40,642 bases of DNA. Origin: Octopus bimaculoides (taxonomy: Eukaryota). Shown one piece after another: positions 1 through 11,751 of this stretch. The translations under genes and the position numbers were made by a program. The notes under the pieces are model-generated. The model did not search any database. It was not told where the DNA came from and saw only the letters and a program-made list of their open reading frames with translations. Positions within the stretch are counted from its first letter, which is position 1, and the number at the start of each line of letters is the position of its first letter. The DNA lies in the NCBI RefSeq assembly GCF_001194135.2, contig NC_069010.1, positions 755,808-796,449 on the forward strand. Direction: 5' to 3'.

Positions 1-189
1 TATATGAAGAAAATATTACCGGTTCCGATGAATCTTATCTTATCAAATATCCGTAAAAAAGTATAAAAAATTGAAGTAAAAACAATTTATTTTCTGTCTG
101 AGGTCAAGAACATGTCTGGAAACTTTTCATTGAAGTCTTCTTTAAATATAGTTTGGTATAGAGCTGAAAGTGTTAGAGAATGAGAGAAA

Positions 190-420
190 GGGTGTCTATT
201 GGTTCTACTCGAAGGAGATATTTGCGAAGTGTTGTATTACTCTTGAATACTCCCCTGGTGCCATATGGAGCGCCTTTCTTTTGTATCTTTTCCGAGAGGC
301 CTTTCACATGGGGTGGACAGACTGTTTATGGGTTTTATCCTCACTCTTCTTCCTATTTGCAGTGGAGAGTATGTTTTGGGGGTAGTTGTTGCTTAACAGA
401 TTGTTACGTAGCTTGATCAT
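190..420 (-). mobile_element. Penelope-like retroelement fragment (RT to GIY-YIG linker)
   Basis: Minus-strand translation PHVKGLSEKIQKKGAPYGTRGVFKSNTTLRKYLLRVEP resembles the PLE PYVKGLSE...VFKS..TLR linker. Confidence 0.6.
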
Positions 421-533
421 TTCTTCGTGGTGTGAATCAGGATCGCTACTTATATTCTTTGCTCGATGTTTTAGGCACTGAGGAATCCCTATCTTTACAC
501 TGTATGGATGGTGGGAATTGAAATTGAGGGCTA

Positions 534-1305
534 ATCACAGCCTTGTGAGTGGATTTGGTAGANNNNNNNNNNNNNNNNNNNNNNNNNNNNNNNNNNNNNN
601 NNNNNNNNNNNNNNNNNNNNNNNNNNNNNNNNNNNNNNNNNNNNNNNNNNNNNNNNNNNNNNNNNNNNNNNNNNNNNNNNNNNNNNNNNNNNNNNNNNNN
701 NNNNNNNNNNNNNNNNNNNNNNNNNNNNNNNNNNNNNNNNNNNNNNNNNNNNNNNNNNNNNNNNNNNNNNNNNNNNNNNNNNNNNNNNNNNNNNNNNNNN
801 NNNNNNNNNNNNNNNNNNNNNNNNNNNNNNNNNNNNNNNNNNNNNNNNNNNNNNNNNNNNNNNNNNNNNNNNNNNNNNNNNNNNNNNNNNNNNNNNNNNN
901 NNNNNNNNNNNNNNNNNNNNNNNNNNNNNNNNNNNNNNNNNNNNNNNNNNNNNNNNNNNNNNNNNNNNNNNNNNNNNNNNNNNNNNNNNNNNNNNNNNNN
1001 NNNNNNNNNNNNNNNNNNNNNNNNNNNNNNNNNNNNNNNNNNNNNNNNNNNNNNNNNNNNNNNNNNNNNNNNNNNNNNNNNNNNNNNNNNNNNNNNNNNN
1101 TCTCCCCATCAACACTTGACAACCGATGGTGTTGTGTTTATATCTCCGTAGTGTAGCGGTTCGGCCTAAGAGACCGATAGAAAAAGTACTAGGCTTAAAA
1201 ATTAGTTCTGTGCTCGATTCCTGCGACTGAAACCCCTCAAGGCGGTGCTCCAGTATTGCCGCTGTCAGAATGACTGAAACAAGTAAAAGAATAAAAGAAT
1301 AAAAG
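534..1305 (+). mobile_element. SINE, gap-interrupted
   Basis: Shares gccttgtgagtggattt and the caaggcggtg...gactgaaa 3' part with the copy at 7626-8040; ends in a (taaaaga)n tail. Confidence 0.7.
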
Positions 1306-1639
1306 AAACACACAAATATTCATATTTGTGTGTGTGTTTGTGCGTATGTGTGTGTGTATGCGTGTGTGTGTGTGTGTGTTTTTGTGTATGGATGTGTGTG
1401 TGTGTGTGTGTGTGTGTGTATTTACACCGACAAATTTTATGCTTATGTACATGAGTTACTGAATCAGAGTGATATTTAAAAAAGTCATCTATGTATTATC
1501 ATGGTCATTATCCATGATGATGATCATTATCATCAACATCATGACCACCACTATCAGCATTATCTTCCTATCCCTGCTCAACCTCTTCCTCCTCCTCCTC
1601 CTCCATTATACGTCTATTTTTTTCATGCGTACATGACTT

Positions 1640-2780
1640 AGAAGTTTCTCTCCAACATAATGTCTTAATATTTGTTTGGTCCAACATCTCGGTATGTCTT
1701 CGTCACTTCATCCAATATCTTCTATGGTTTTTCTCTTTTCCAGATTCCTTCTTATATCGATATCCAGGCACTCTTTTTATGCACATGTCACCACCCAACC
1801 GTATATTTACCAGTGGTTATTCGTTTGTAAATTCATACCGACACACAACCATTCCCAATGAGAGTATGAAGTTATTACAAGTAAATATCTATAGTACAAT
1901 TATAGTTGAGGACAGCTCAATAAGGTACAAGCCACCCGTTGGCCTCTCCATCCTTCAATTCTGCACTATAGATGTAATTGGTCATTAGCGTACCTTTCAG
2001 GAACGTATTTAGCAATGAGGATCTCCATATTACTTTCACCCGGTACATAATAGCACTAGTGGGCCAACTAATTCTATATTCATGTGTTAGTCCAGTTTCT
2101 CCTATAAAATCAATGATTACTGTTTTCTTCGTCATATTGTAGTCAAGTTATTCATTTAACTTTCGTTGAGTTACGTTAATGTTCTGTCATAATTCTTGAA
2201 TGCTTAGGATCAAGCAGAGCTGATAGTATGCGTGTGGACAGATTAACTTCTTTCCAGTGGCAATACGGCACGTATCTATTGTAGTATGTGATGGCAGTGG
2301 ACACTTTCCTTAGATGTGTCTTTGAAAAATTTCAACTTTATGTAGGTCAGTGTTGATAACTTTTCAACCTGTCGCCTTTGACTCTATCACCTACCTATAC
2401 GACCTTTCCTTGACATCTGCGATGATAAAAGGGAGGGTTCCTGGTTGCTTTAAAGAATTTGAGCCACAATTTTTGGAGGAAATACAGCCAAAGCCATGGC
2501 TTGTTTCAAGAACTAATGTAATTTTAGCATAAATAGAAAAATATTAATTAATTATCTGTATTACGAAGGTGAAGCATATTCGATGTTTTGTTTATATCTT
2601 TGTATGTTGCTTTCATCAGTAGATATTTGGTCGTATTGAATTGAAGAGAGGAGAAACGCAAATGAGATCATTGATATTCATGAGTCTTGGAACAAAAGCA
2701 TTAACAATTTTAGTGAAGTTGGTTTACTACCAGCAATGAAAGTCGTGACTTGATGCTAGCTGACCTACTATTCTACAATA
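1640..2780 (-). mobile_element. Heavily decayed RTE-clade LINE (RT C-terminal part)
   Basis: Degenerate motifs in order: MLHLRNTDN (like HLRFADD), MTKKTVI, EYRISW, YTVGW*HV, and SAWISI*EGIWKREKP*KILDEV (like W.P.EG.R.RGRP...W.DEV). Confidence 0.45.
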
Positions 2781-2862
2781 CTAAAGGAGTAAATATATCT
2801 AGCAATAATATTAGTTGTGAAGAGCAGAGAAAATAAGGTAGATGAAAAAGAAAAATACTTAC

Positions 2863-2935
2863 ACCTGTGCAATTTTAATGTAATTGTCGGTGGAGTTAAC
2901 TGCCAGGGTAATTATAACGATGACTGCCGGAAGAC
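2863..2935 (-). CDS. Gene 1 TM4 exon (GLPAVIVIITLAVNSTDNYIKIAQV)
   Basis: ttgtcag acceptor, GT/GTAAGT donor; phase 1 completes WG with the TM3 exon. Confidence 0.92.
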
Positions 2936-4971
2936 CTGACAACGAGATTTACATAAATTAATATAAATCTCTAGATATTAATCAATATTTAAAATCATTA
3001 TTATATGACATTTGAATCGATTTTGTTGACAATGTTTTTGTTTAGAAAAACTGTCGAGTTCGAAAGAAATCAATATTTTATTTCGTATCACACGCGTCGC
3101 TTCACGCCATTTTCGCCTTTGGTTTCTTGGAAATAGGTACCAGTAATATGCAATTTGGATTCTTTCAACAATATTTTTCAATGAGAACCAAAAGTAATGA
3201 AATGTGAAACAAATTTGGATACATTTATGAAGATTAAATGGCCTGGTCGGGTAGCAAAAATTCACTGTCACGAACTTCACATATTGCTTCGTATGTCCGG
3301 TGAAAGTGCAGAATGGATGACTCAAAAATTTCCGTCAAGAGACGAGATCAGACTAACCATTTGCATGAAAATTCAAATAACGTTAGACTACCCAACAAGC
3401 TAGAACAAGGAGGGTGTGCTTTAGTTCTCTCAAGGATGTATAAATATTATATTTCATTCATCTTTGTATCCACGCGTTTGCATCTCTTTTCAATTACTTC
3501 CAACATCACGCCAGTTTACGAATCTATTCAATCCCAAATCATGTATATTTAACCCATTACCTTTCTAATAAGAATCAAGTTATTCATCTGTCTTTATTCG
3601 TGATTGAACTACCATGTTGATCATATAAAAATTAATATCTTTTTTCCACAATTCATTCATTGAGGTATTTAGGTAATTGACATTTTCCTTGTTCCAAGTT
3701 ATGTTAAAACAAGTGTTCTTTTTGTGTCACTCTCTAAAACATGATATCTTTTGAATTTTCTGCAAATTCCAAATATTGTTACGAGGGAGCTCTTACATGG
3801 TCTATTGATTTGCTAAGAAATAAAAGCCTAATATTTGAGGAACAATAATTTACAGCATTTTAGGAAATTAATGACATATTGGATTATGCTACCTATGATA
3901 AACTATGACTAAAAAGAGGGAATGGTCACGTCAAGAACGTCATTGCTCATGAATCTGCAGAGTTACTCTGAAGTCAAATAGCGACATCAACATTAACATA
4001 TTTTACTGTGGTTTCGTCTAACTATAATATTGGGCCCACAACCTTGAGTCTTATCTAAATTCTTCGCCAAATCAAGATGAACAATTTACATGCAACTCTC
4101 ATCAAATTATACAAGTAAAAAGACCGAGTGAAGATGTTTGTTTATTTGTTGTTAGCTTCAAATCTACTGTGTTTCACATCAGATGTGAGTCCACCAGACC
4201 TCTCAGTCCATGTTTCCATTGGTTCCTCTGAATTTTAGCTTACAATCTCACTCCATTTTCAACGTACGCTAGATAGTAAACCACCATAACCTGGCTGTTT
4301 ACGTACGCTACACAATAATACTACAACATTTAAACTGTCAAAAATGTTTTCAATTTCTGTACTTTTGTTTCAGTGTGTTAGAAAGACTAGCTAAATTTCT
4401 TTAGATCCCATTCTTCAGTCTTTCTAAATGGAAGAATAAATTGAATAATGTAGTGTTTGATGTATTGACAAGATAATCATCGACAGAACGTTTATAATCA
4501 TGGGGCTGAAGTAGCGCCAAACTACAACAGTAAGGTAGGGATCTTTTTATTCAAAGTTCAATGTGGCTGGATTTTACTGTGATACAGATCTGTAATCTAA
4601 ACCGAGATTATTTAAAGCAACGAGATTTTAATTTCTAGCTTCAAAAGTGCTTCTAAATATTGTAAGATTGATAATGATGTAGAGGACTCAGGACATAGAG
4701 CACTATCCTAGATGTGATTATGAATGATCTCTGTAAAGTTAGAACAAACTAATACGGAAATTTAAACGGAACCCCTACTGGATAACATCTACTTAAAGAA
4801 ATATGGTTAACAGTGTTTTGTATCCAGAGTTCAATACCTGTCTTGGCTAACTTTTCCCTGCAACACTTTTTTGGTGCAATGAAATGAATAAGATCCAGAT
4901 ATACTGGTTTTGAATCATTCAAGTGAACCTTTTCCGATCAAGTAATTTCAAACAAAAACGAAATAAGGAGA

Positions 4972-5005
<34 letters not shown>

Positions 5006-6955
5006 NNNNNNNNNNGATATAAAGTTTAAGACAAAACCAGAAAGCCATTATACATACCCCAGGCCAAAATTGAATTCTTCTTCATAAAAGACATCTCATA
5101 CGTCTTGAATACAACCACTACACTTAGATAGACATAGAAAGCTTCAACACTCATCCACACGAAAGATGCCAGGAGGAAGTAGTGTAAGAAGGCAGCCACT
5201 GCCTACAATAATGATAACAACATCGACAACAGGTTAAAGATTTCTAAGAGTAACACATGGTCTTCAATAGATATTGTTTTGCAGGATGGTGGCATATGGT
5301 TAACTGTATCAATATCAGTACTTTTTGTGCAGTTTGTATATATTGGCAGGTGCTTACCTCCTTAATTTTTTAAAAACATTCTTTTATTTTTTTTTTTCGT
5401 GCATTTAATTGCTTTGTTGCAATAAAANNNNNNNNNNAGGTATGTTTACATGTTCGGGTAGTCGGGGAGAAAAGAAAGATAAAACTTTCCCCACAAAATT
5501 GTAGATACTAAAGTTTTAAAATTTTCTAGATGTTCATTTGCAATAAAACGGATGTTTGCATAATTAGGGAGAAAGGAAAGGAAAGAAAAGGAGGGTAGAA
5601 TTTTAAGAGAAAATTGTAGATATTAAAGTTTTAAAATTCACTAAAGATGATCTTTTGTATGTCCGAACAGAGAAAATTGATAATTTCAAATGCTATGGGT
5701 AGAACGATGGTGGTAATGATAATCACTGTGGTTACGGAGGCGACACAATGCAAGCACGTTATTTATATATATGTGTATGCACATACTATCGTGCGTGTAT
5801 ATACAAATGAAGAGAGGAAGAGAGAGATGGGATCTCAGTAACAATTCTCGCGGGAACCCTTCGAACGACTCATGAAATCATGATGCAACACAAGGAAAGA
5901 ATTAACGGCGAGAATGAAGCTAGAGCCGATCATGGTGAAGGTTTCCCGCCCGGCACGTCCGAAACGTCACGCACCAGGGGTAGTGATCTGTCCTCGGACG
6001 GTAGTTATATCACAACAGATCACATACGCGCTGTGCGCGAAAACAGATGTAAGTGGACGAAAGAAGAGTTGATACACTTATCGAATGTCATGAAAGAGCA
6101 AAGCTGAAAGGAAGTCGCGGCATAGGCCGACGTACCTTGAAATTTTGGATGGAAACGAACACGTGTCCAATGTCAGAAAATAACCTAATGAACCAAGTGA
6201 GAGTGATTAGGAGGAAGGGTTACTTAACTGGAATGGAAATATCTCGGATTAGTGAGAGTCTGAGAGACCCTGTGGATGAGCTATAGAGGATGGCCGCAGT
6301 TGAAAACAGAGAGGTAGTAGTTGAAAGCAGGGAGAAGAGTAGACAGGAGGAACAGGAGAATGGTGATGGGGCAGTTAAGGAGGAGGAACAGGAACATTAT
6401 AAAGTGAACCCTGATAGTGTGGCGGGTGGACATGCAGAGGAAATGAACCTACTAGATAATGAATTGCTTGAAATTCAAAGACGACTCACCGACTTAATGA
6501 ATGCTCCAGAAGAAACAAATCCTCATGAATATGAGAAGGGTAGATAGGAGTATGATGAATAAAGTAACACAAAAGATAAATACTGTCATACCATACATCC
6601 ACTCGGAGAACATAACACAAACAAGGAATCTTATCCGGACCATTGTGAGTAAAGAGGTTGAAAAAACCACCAAGTACTCCGAATTGAAAGTGGAAATGGC
6701 AAGACTGTATAGAATGCGAGAGGGTAATGTAAAAGGGATACCAGTAGTGATCGGTGCGTTGGGCTCAATCCCATTGAAACTTCAAGACCTCTTAAGGCAA
6801 CTGGAAATCCCATGCAAGATTGATGTCTTGCAAAATGCAGCCTTATTGGGCACAGCGCACATCTTAAGGAAAGTATTATCTGTCTGAGGGCCTTGTTGTA
6901 ACTTCACAGATGACTAAAGACTCCTGTGCATTTTTACCTACACTGTGTTACGAAG

Positions 6956-7036
<81 letters not shown>

Positions 7037-10000
7037 TAGACTTACCCGTTGACGACCTGCACAAAGGTTTTGTCTATAGTGATCAAATGTATGTACGGTA
7101 TATTAGCTCACGCTCTTAAATCAACGTTGCCTGAACAGGTGCATGGTGTACCACGCGTCAGGTGTCAAAAGGATCGCATATTAACGTGAGGTGAAGCTCT
7201 TAATTGAAGAACACAACGCATCACCCAGTCTAGCTATCTAACAATCTATTTGAAAAATATTGTTGCAAAAATGTCCACGCAAGAAAGAAAAGTTCATAGA
7301 AAATGCAAAGTTCAGCAATCCTTTTTCTTTTTTTTCTTGTGAAGTATAAAAAGAAAACATTTTTTGTGTGTTTATTTGTGTGTTAATAAAGATATGTGCC
7401 AGTGTACCTAGCCGGGGCAATGTATTCTTCTCTCGCTTTTGGTTACCCTGTCAGTATGAAATTTACAGTTGTTGGATAATGTGTTATATTTATATGTGGA
7501 TTGTTTGTGTGAGGCAGAAGAGAAANNNNNNNNNNNNNNNNNNNNNNNNNNNNNNNNNNNNNNNNNNNNNNNNNNNNNNNNNNNNNNNNNNNNNNNNNNN
7601 NNNNNNNNNNNNNNNNNNNNNNNNNTGTGTGGTAAGAAGTTTGCTTCTCAACCACATGGTTCCGGGTTCAGCCCCGCTGGGTGAGACCTTGGACAAATGT
7701 CTTTTATTATAGCCTTGGCTCAACCAAAAGCCTTGTGAGTGGATTTAGTAGGTTGAAACTGAAAGAAGGCGATCTTATATATAGGTGTGTGTCTGTGTGT
7801 GCGTGCATACGTGTGTGCATGAATGTACGTCTTTATGTCTATGCTTGATCCTCACCACCGCTTGACAACCGGTATTGGCGATTATATCCCCTTAACTTAG
7901 CGGTTTGGATAAAAGTTACCGATAAAATAAGTATCAGGTTTTACATAAACATGAGTACTGGGGACGATTTGTTCAATTTAAATTCTTCAAGGCGGTGAAC
8001 CAGCAACGCCGCAATCTTATGACTGAAATATGTAAAATATCACAAAGGAAAATAAGACAAGGTAGGAAATGCTAAAATAATTTTATCATGAAGTACATTT
8101 TGTAACGGTTAGTACCGGTTTTAGTCTTTTCAACTTTTTCAACTAAGAGTAAAACAAGAAAAACAATTAGATCGAAGAAAAAAATAAATCAAATGTTTTG
8201 TAAATATTTCCATAATCTTCAAATAGGCAGGACATTATCCTTTTTCTGTCTCCATTTCTCTTTTGCTTTGTGAAGATTCGGTTGGTAACAATAGATCTGA
8301 AGAAATAGTTTTTATGGGTGCAGAGAAATGTTGATTCTGAAGAAGTTTGATGGTTTAAGCAGCAGCAGCAGCAGCCGAGGAAGGAGAAAGAAAAAAAAAG
8401 AANNNNNNNNNNNNNNNNNNNNNNNNNNNNNNNNNNNNNNNNNNNNNNNNNNNNNNNNNNNNNNNNNNNNNNNNNNNNNNNNNNNNNNNNNNNNNNNNNN
8501 NNNNNNNNNNNNNNNNNNNNNNNNNNNNNNNNNNNNNNNNNNNNNNNNNNNNNNNNNNNNNNNNNNNNNNNNNNNNNNNNNNNNNNNNNNNNNNNNNNNN
8601 NNNNNNNNNNNNNNNNNNNNNGGAAGAAGAAGAAGAAAAAGAAGAAGAAAAAGAAGAAGACCAAGGAGAAGAAGAGAAAGGAGAAGAGGAGGAAGAAGGA
8701 GAAGAAAAAGAAGAAGAAAAAGAAGAAGGAGGAGGAGGAGGAGACTAAGGAGAAGAAGAGGAAGAAGAAGCAGACGAAGAAAAAAAGGAAACGGACGCGA
8801 GTGGTATGACCCAGTAGTAGAGACTGTCCATGGAATCTACTTTAATGGTCAGGTAACCTAAAAGTGACCTGTTGTGGTTTGCAGCAGTAGAGGTAGGCGC
8901 AGTTCTAAATAAATTCATGGGTGGTGACTGTTCTTAATATATTTATCGTTTTAATATTTGCATGGGTATTATTCTAAGATTCTTGTAGTAGTGCCTTATA
9001 TAACTGTGTAGAAACAAAGAGATGGCACCGAAAAAACCAATTGTTATGTCATTAGCTTACGACATAAACCTTCTCACTCATAACGCCTTTATGTTCTGAA
9101 AATGTAACTTTCCCCAATAAATCGCATACCATATTAAGGAGCTGATGAAGCTATAGGATATTCTCCTGGTTTTCAACTAAAAGTCCAGCACATCCCACAG
9201 CAGAAAAAGCTGTAAGCTAATGAAATTAATTACATAGCAATTGGTTTTTCTGGTATCATCGTATAATCTCTTTGTTGCTATACTCACCTAACATTCTGTT
9301 CCAGATCAACCCTTATATTGAGTTCTACGTTAGGTTATTAATCGCACGCCTACGATCTTCGGGTGGTGCATTAATAAAGTTTAAAAATTACCATTCACGT
9401 TTCATTCAAATTATTATTATATTAATCGTAAGCTATTAGGAGTTCCACATGTGTAACCATTCTATAAGAGTATTCTGAAAGATGCGAATAGCAAGCGATA
9501 ACCAACAAGAAGCTTAAGAGCTTTTCAGAGCGAACTGGGAGGCATTGGCCCCAAACAATTTAAACGGATTTAACATATATATGGTACTCCGTCTGTAACG
9601 ACGACGAGGGTTCCAGTTGATCCGATCAACGGAACAGTCTGCTTGTGAAATTAACGTGCAAGTGGCTGAGCATTCCACAGACACGTGTACCCTTAACGTA
9701 GTTCTCGAGGAGATTCAGCGTGACACAGAGTGTGACAAGGCTGACCTTATGAAATACAGGTACAGCAGAAACAGAAATAAAGAATGAGAGAANNNNNNNN
9801 NNNNNNNNNNNNNNNNNNNNNNNNNNNNNNNNNNNNNNNNNNNNNNNNNNNNNNNNNNNNNNNNNNNNNNNNNNNNNNNNNNNNNNNNNNNNNNNNNNNN
9901 NNNNNNNNNNNNNNNNNNNNNNNNNNNNNNNNNNNNNNNNNNNNNNNNNNNNNNNNNNNNNNNNNNNNNNNNNNNNNNNNNNNNNNNNNNNNNNNNNNNN

Positions 10001-11715
10001 NNNNNNNNNNNNNNNNNNNNNNNNNNNNNNNNNNNNNNNNNNNNNNNNNNNNNNNNNNNNNNNNNNNNNNNNNNNNNNNNNNNNNNNNNNNNNNNNNNNN
10101 NNNNNNNNNNNNNNNNNNNNNNNNNNNNNNNNNATATATATATATATATATATATAAATGGAGTTAAACGCAGGTGTTATTCAAATTCTTTTGCTTCCGA
10201 CATATGTTTCGAAGACAACATTGGTAATATTCCAAAGGGATAAATGGTGTAAAATAATGTAATCGTCTCATCAGGGAAAGAAAGAGAATCAAACTCAACC
10301 ATAAGACATTTTAACAAATGTGATGACTGTGTAAATGATAAACAGAACGTTATTAAGTATTTTTAAAAACCGTTAGTAGATATGACGTCAAAGGTAGTGC
10401 ATATGAAGAGAAGGGGTAAAGAAATCAATAAGGAGGGAACTAATAAAGGAGAAATATAGAGTGATATGTGAGTTAAATAAGTGTTCAAAGGCTTGGAAAT
10501 AGACATCTCTATTGGAAGTAGAGTGAAAGAAGAACTAAATGTTCAAACTATATAGATTGGTAGAAATCACCTATAAGAGCTAAAGGTGTGTTTCTGCCAA
10601 TGTTAACATCTGTAAGAACGCTCTATAAACGCGTTTACAAGTGGATGTTTAGAAAAGAGAATGTGGAACAGTTCAGAATTACAAATGTTACAGAATTTTT
10701 TACCTTTGTTCTCCACAAACCCAATAGTACTACATAAGGCCAATAGTACTTAATAAGGCCAAACATCTTTAGCTTGGGGTGCCGGTGCTTCCCCTTTCCC
10801 TACCGACTGCCTTCGGCAATTGACATTTTTATAGAGAACCCATTTCTCGTCACCAGTCACTATTTGGTCCAAAAAAGGTTCATCTGTGAGACGTGACAAC
10901 AAGGAAGAGCACACATTCACTCTCTGCGCGCGATTAGACTCGAAAAGTTTGTGTGGAACCCACTGAGCCAATTTGCTGATTTTTCCGATGGCACACAGGT
11001 GTCGATGAATGGTCGAATGACTAAATCCGAACTTCTCTGCTAGTTTCTCAACAGTTACGATGGGATTTTGTTCCGCCAACGTTTGCAGGATGTCCTTGTC
11101 GAGCTCTACGTATCTTCCAGGACGAGGCTGTATATATATCTATGTGTGTGTGCCTTTGTGTCTGTGTTCGTCCTCACACCACTGCTTGGCAACCGGAGCT
11201 GGTGTGTTTACGTTCCTGTAAGATAGCTGCGCGGCAAAAAGACCAATAGAATAACTACATATATATAAAAGTGCATGGCTTAGTGGATAGAGCATCCGAC
11301 TGGCAATCATGAGGTAGTGAGTTAAATTCCTGGAGAATGATGTGTTGTATTCTTGAGAAACACTTTATTTCACGTTGCTCCATTTCATTAGCTGTAGAAA
11401 CGAGTTGCGACATCACTGGTGCCAAGCTGTATCGGGGTTTGCCATTCCCATGGAAAGGAGAGTGGAGGGTGGTATGCATGATCAACTGCTGGTCTTCCAT
11501 AAACGACCTTGCCCGGATTTATGCCCTGTAGAGAAACTTTGCATGGTCTTTATACCGTTTATATAAACACACACACACACACATATATGCAAGAATGGCT
11601 GTGTGGTAAGAAGCTTGCTTTAAAACCATATGGTTCCAAGTTCAATCTCACTGCGTCGCATTTTGGGCAAGCCTTTTGAGTGGATTAGGTAAGCGGAAAC
11701 TAAAAGAAGCCCGTC

Positions 11716-11751
<36 letters not shown>

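Noticed and set aside
1640-1700. ag/A TGT TGG as the start of the TM5 exon
   Set aside because: No polypyrimidine tract, no hydrophobic helix follows, and it lies within the RTE relic
2270-2320. YVMAVDTFLR resembling a class A GPCR DRY-region on the plus strand
   Set aside because: Surrounded by stops; the opposite strand is better explained as an RTE relic
11270-11345. tRNA-like A/B boxes
   Set aside because: These are SINE heads with no complete cloverleaf; not tRNA genes
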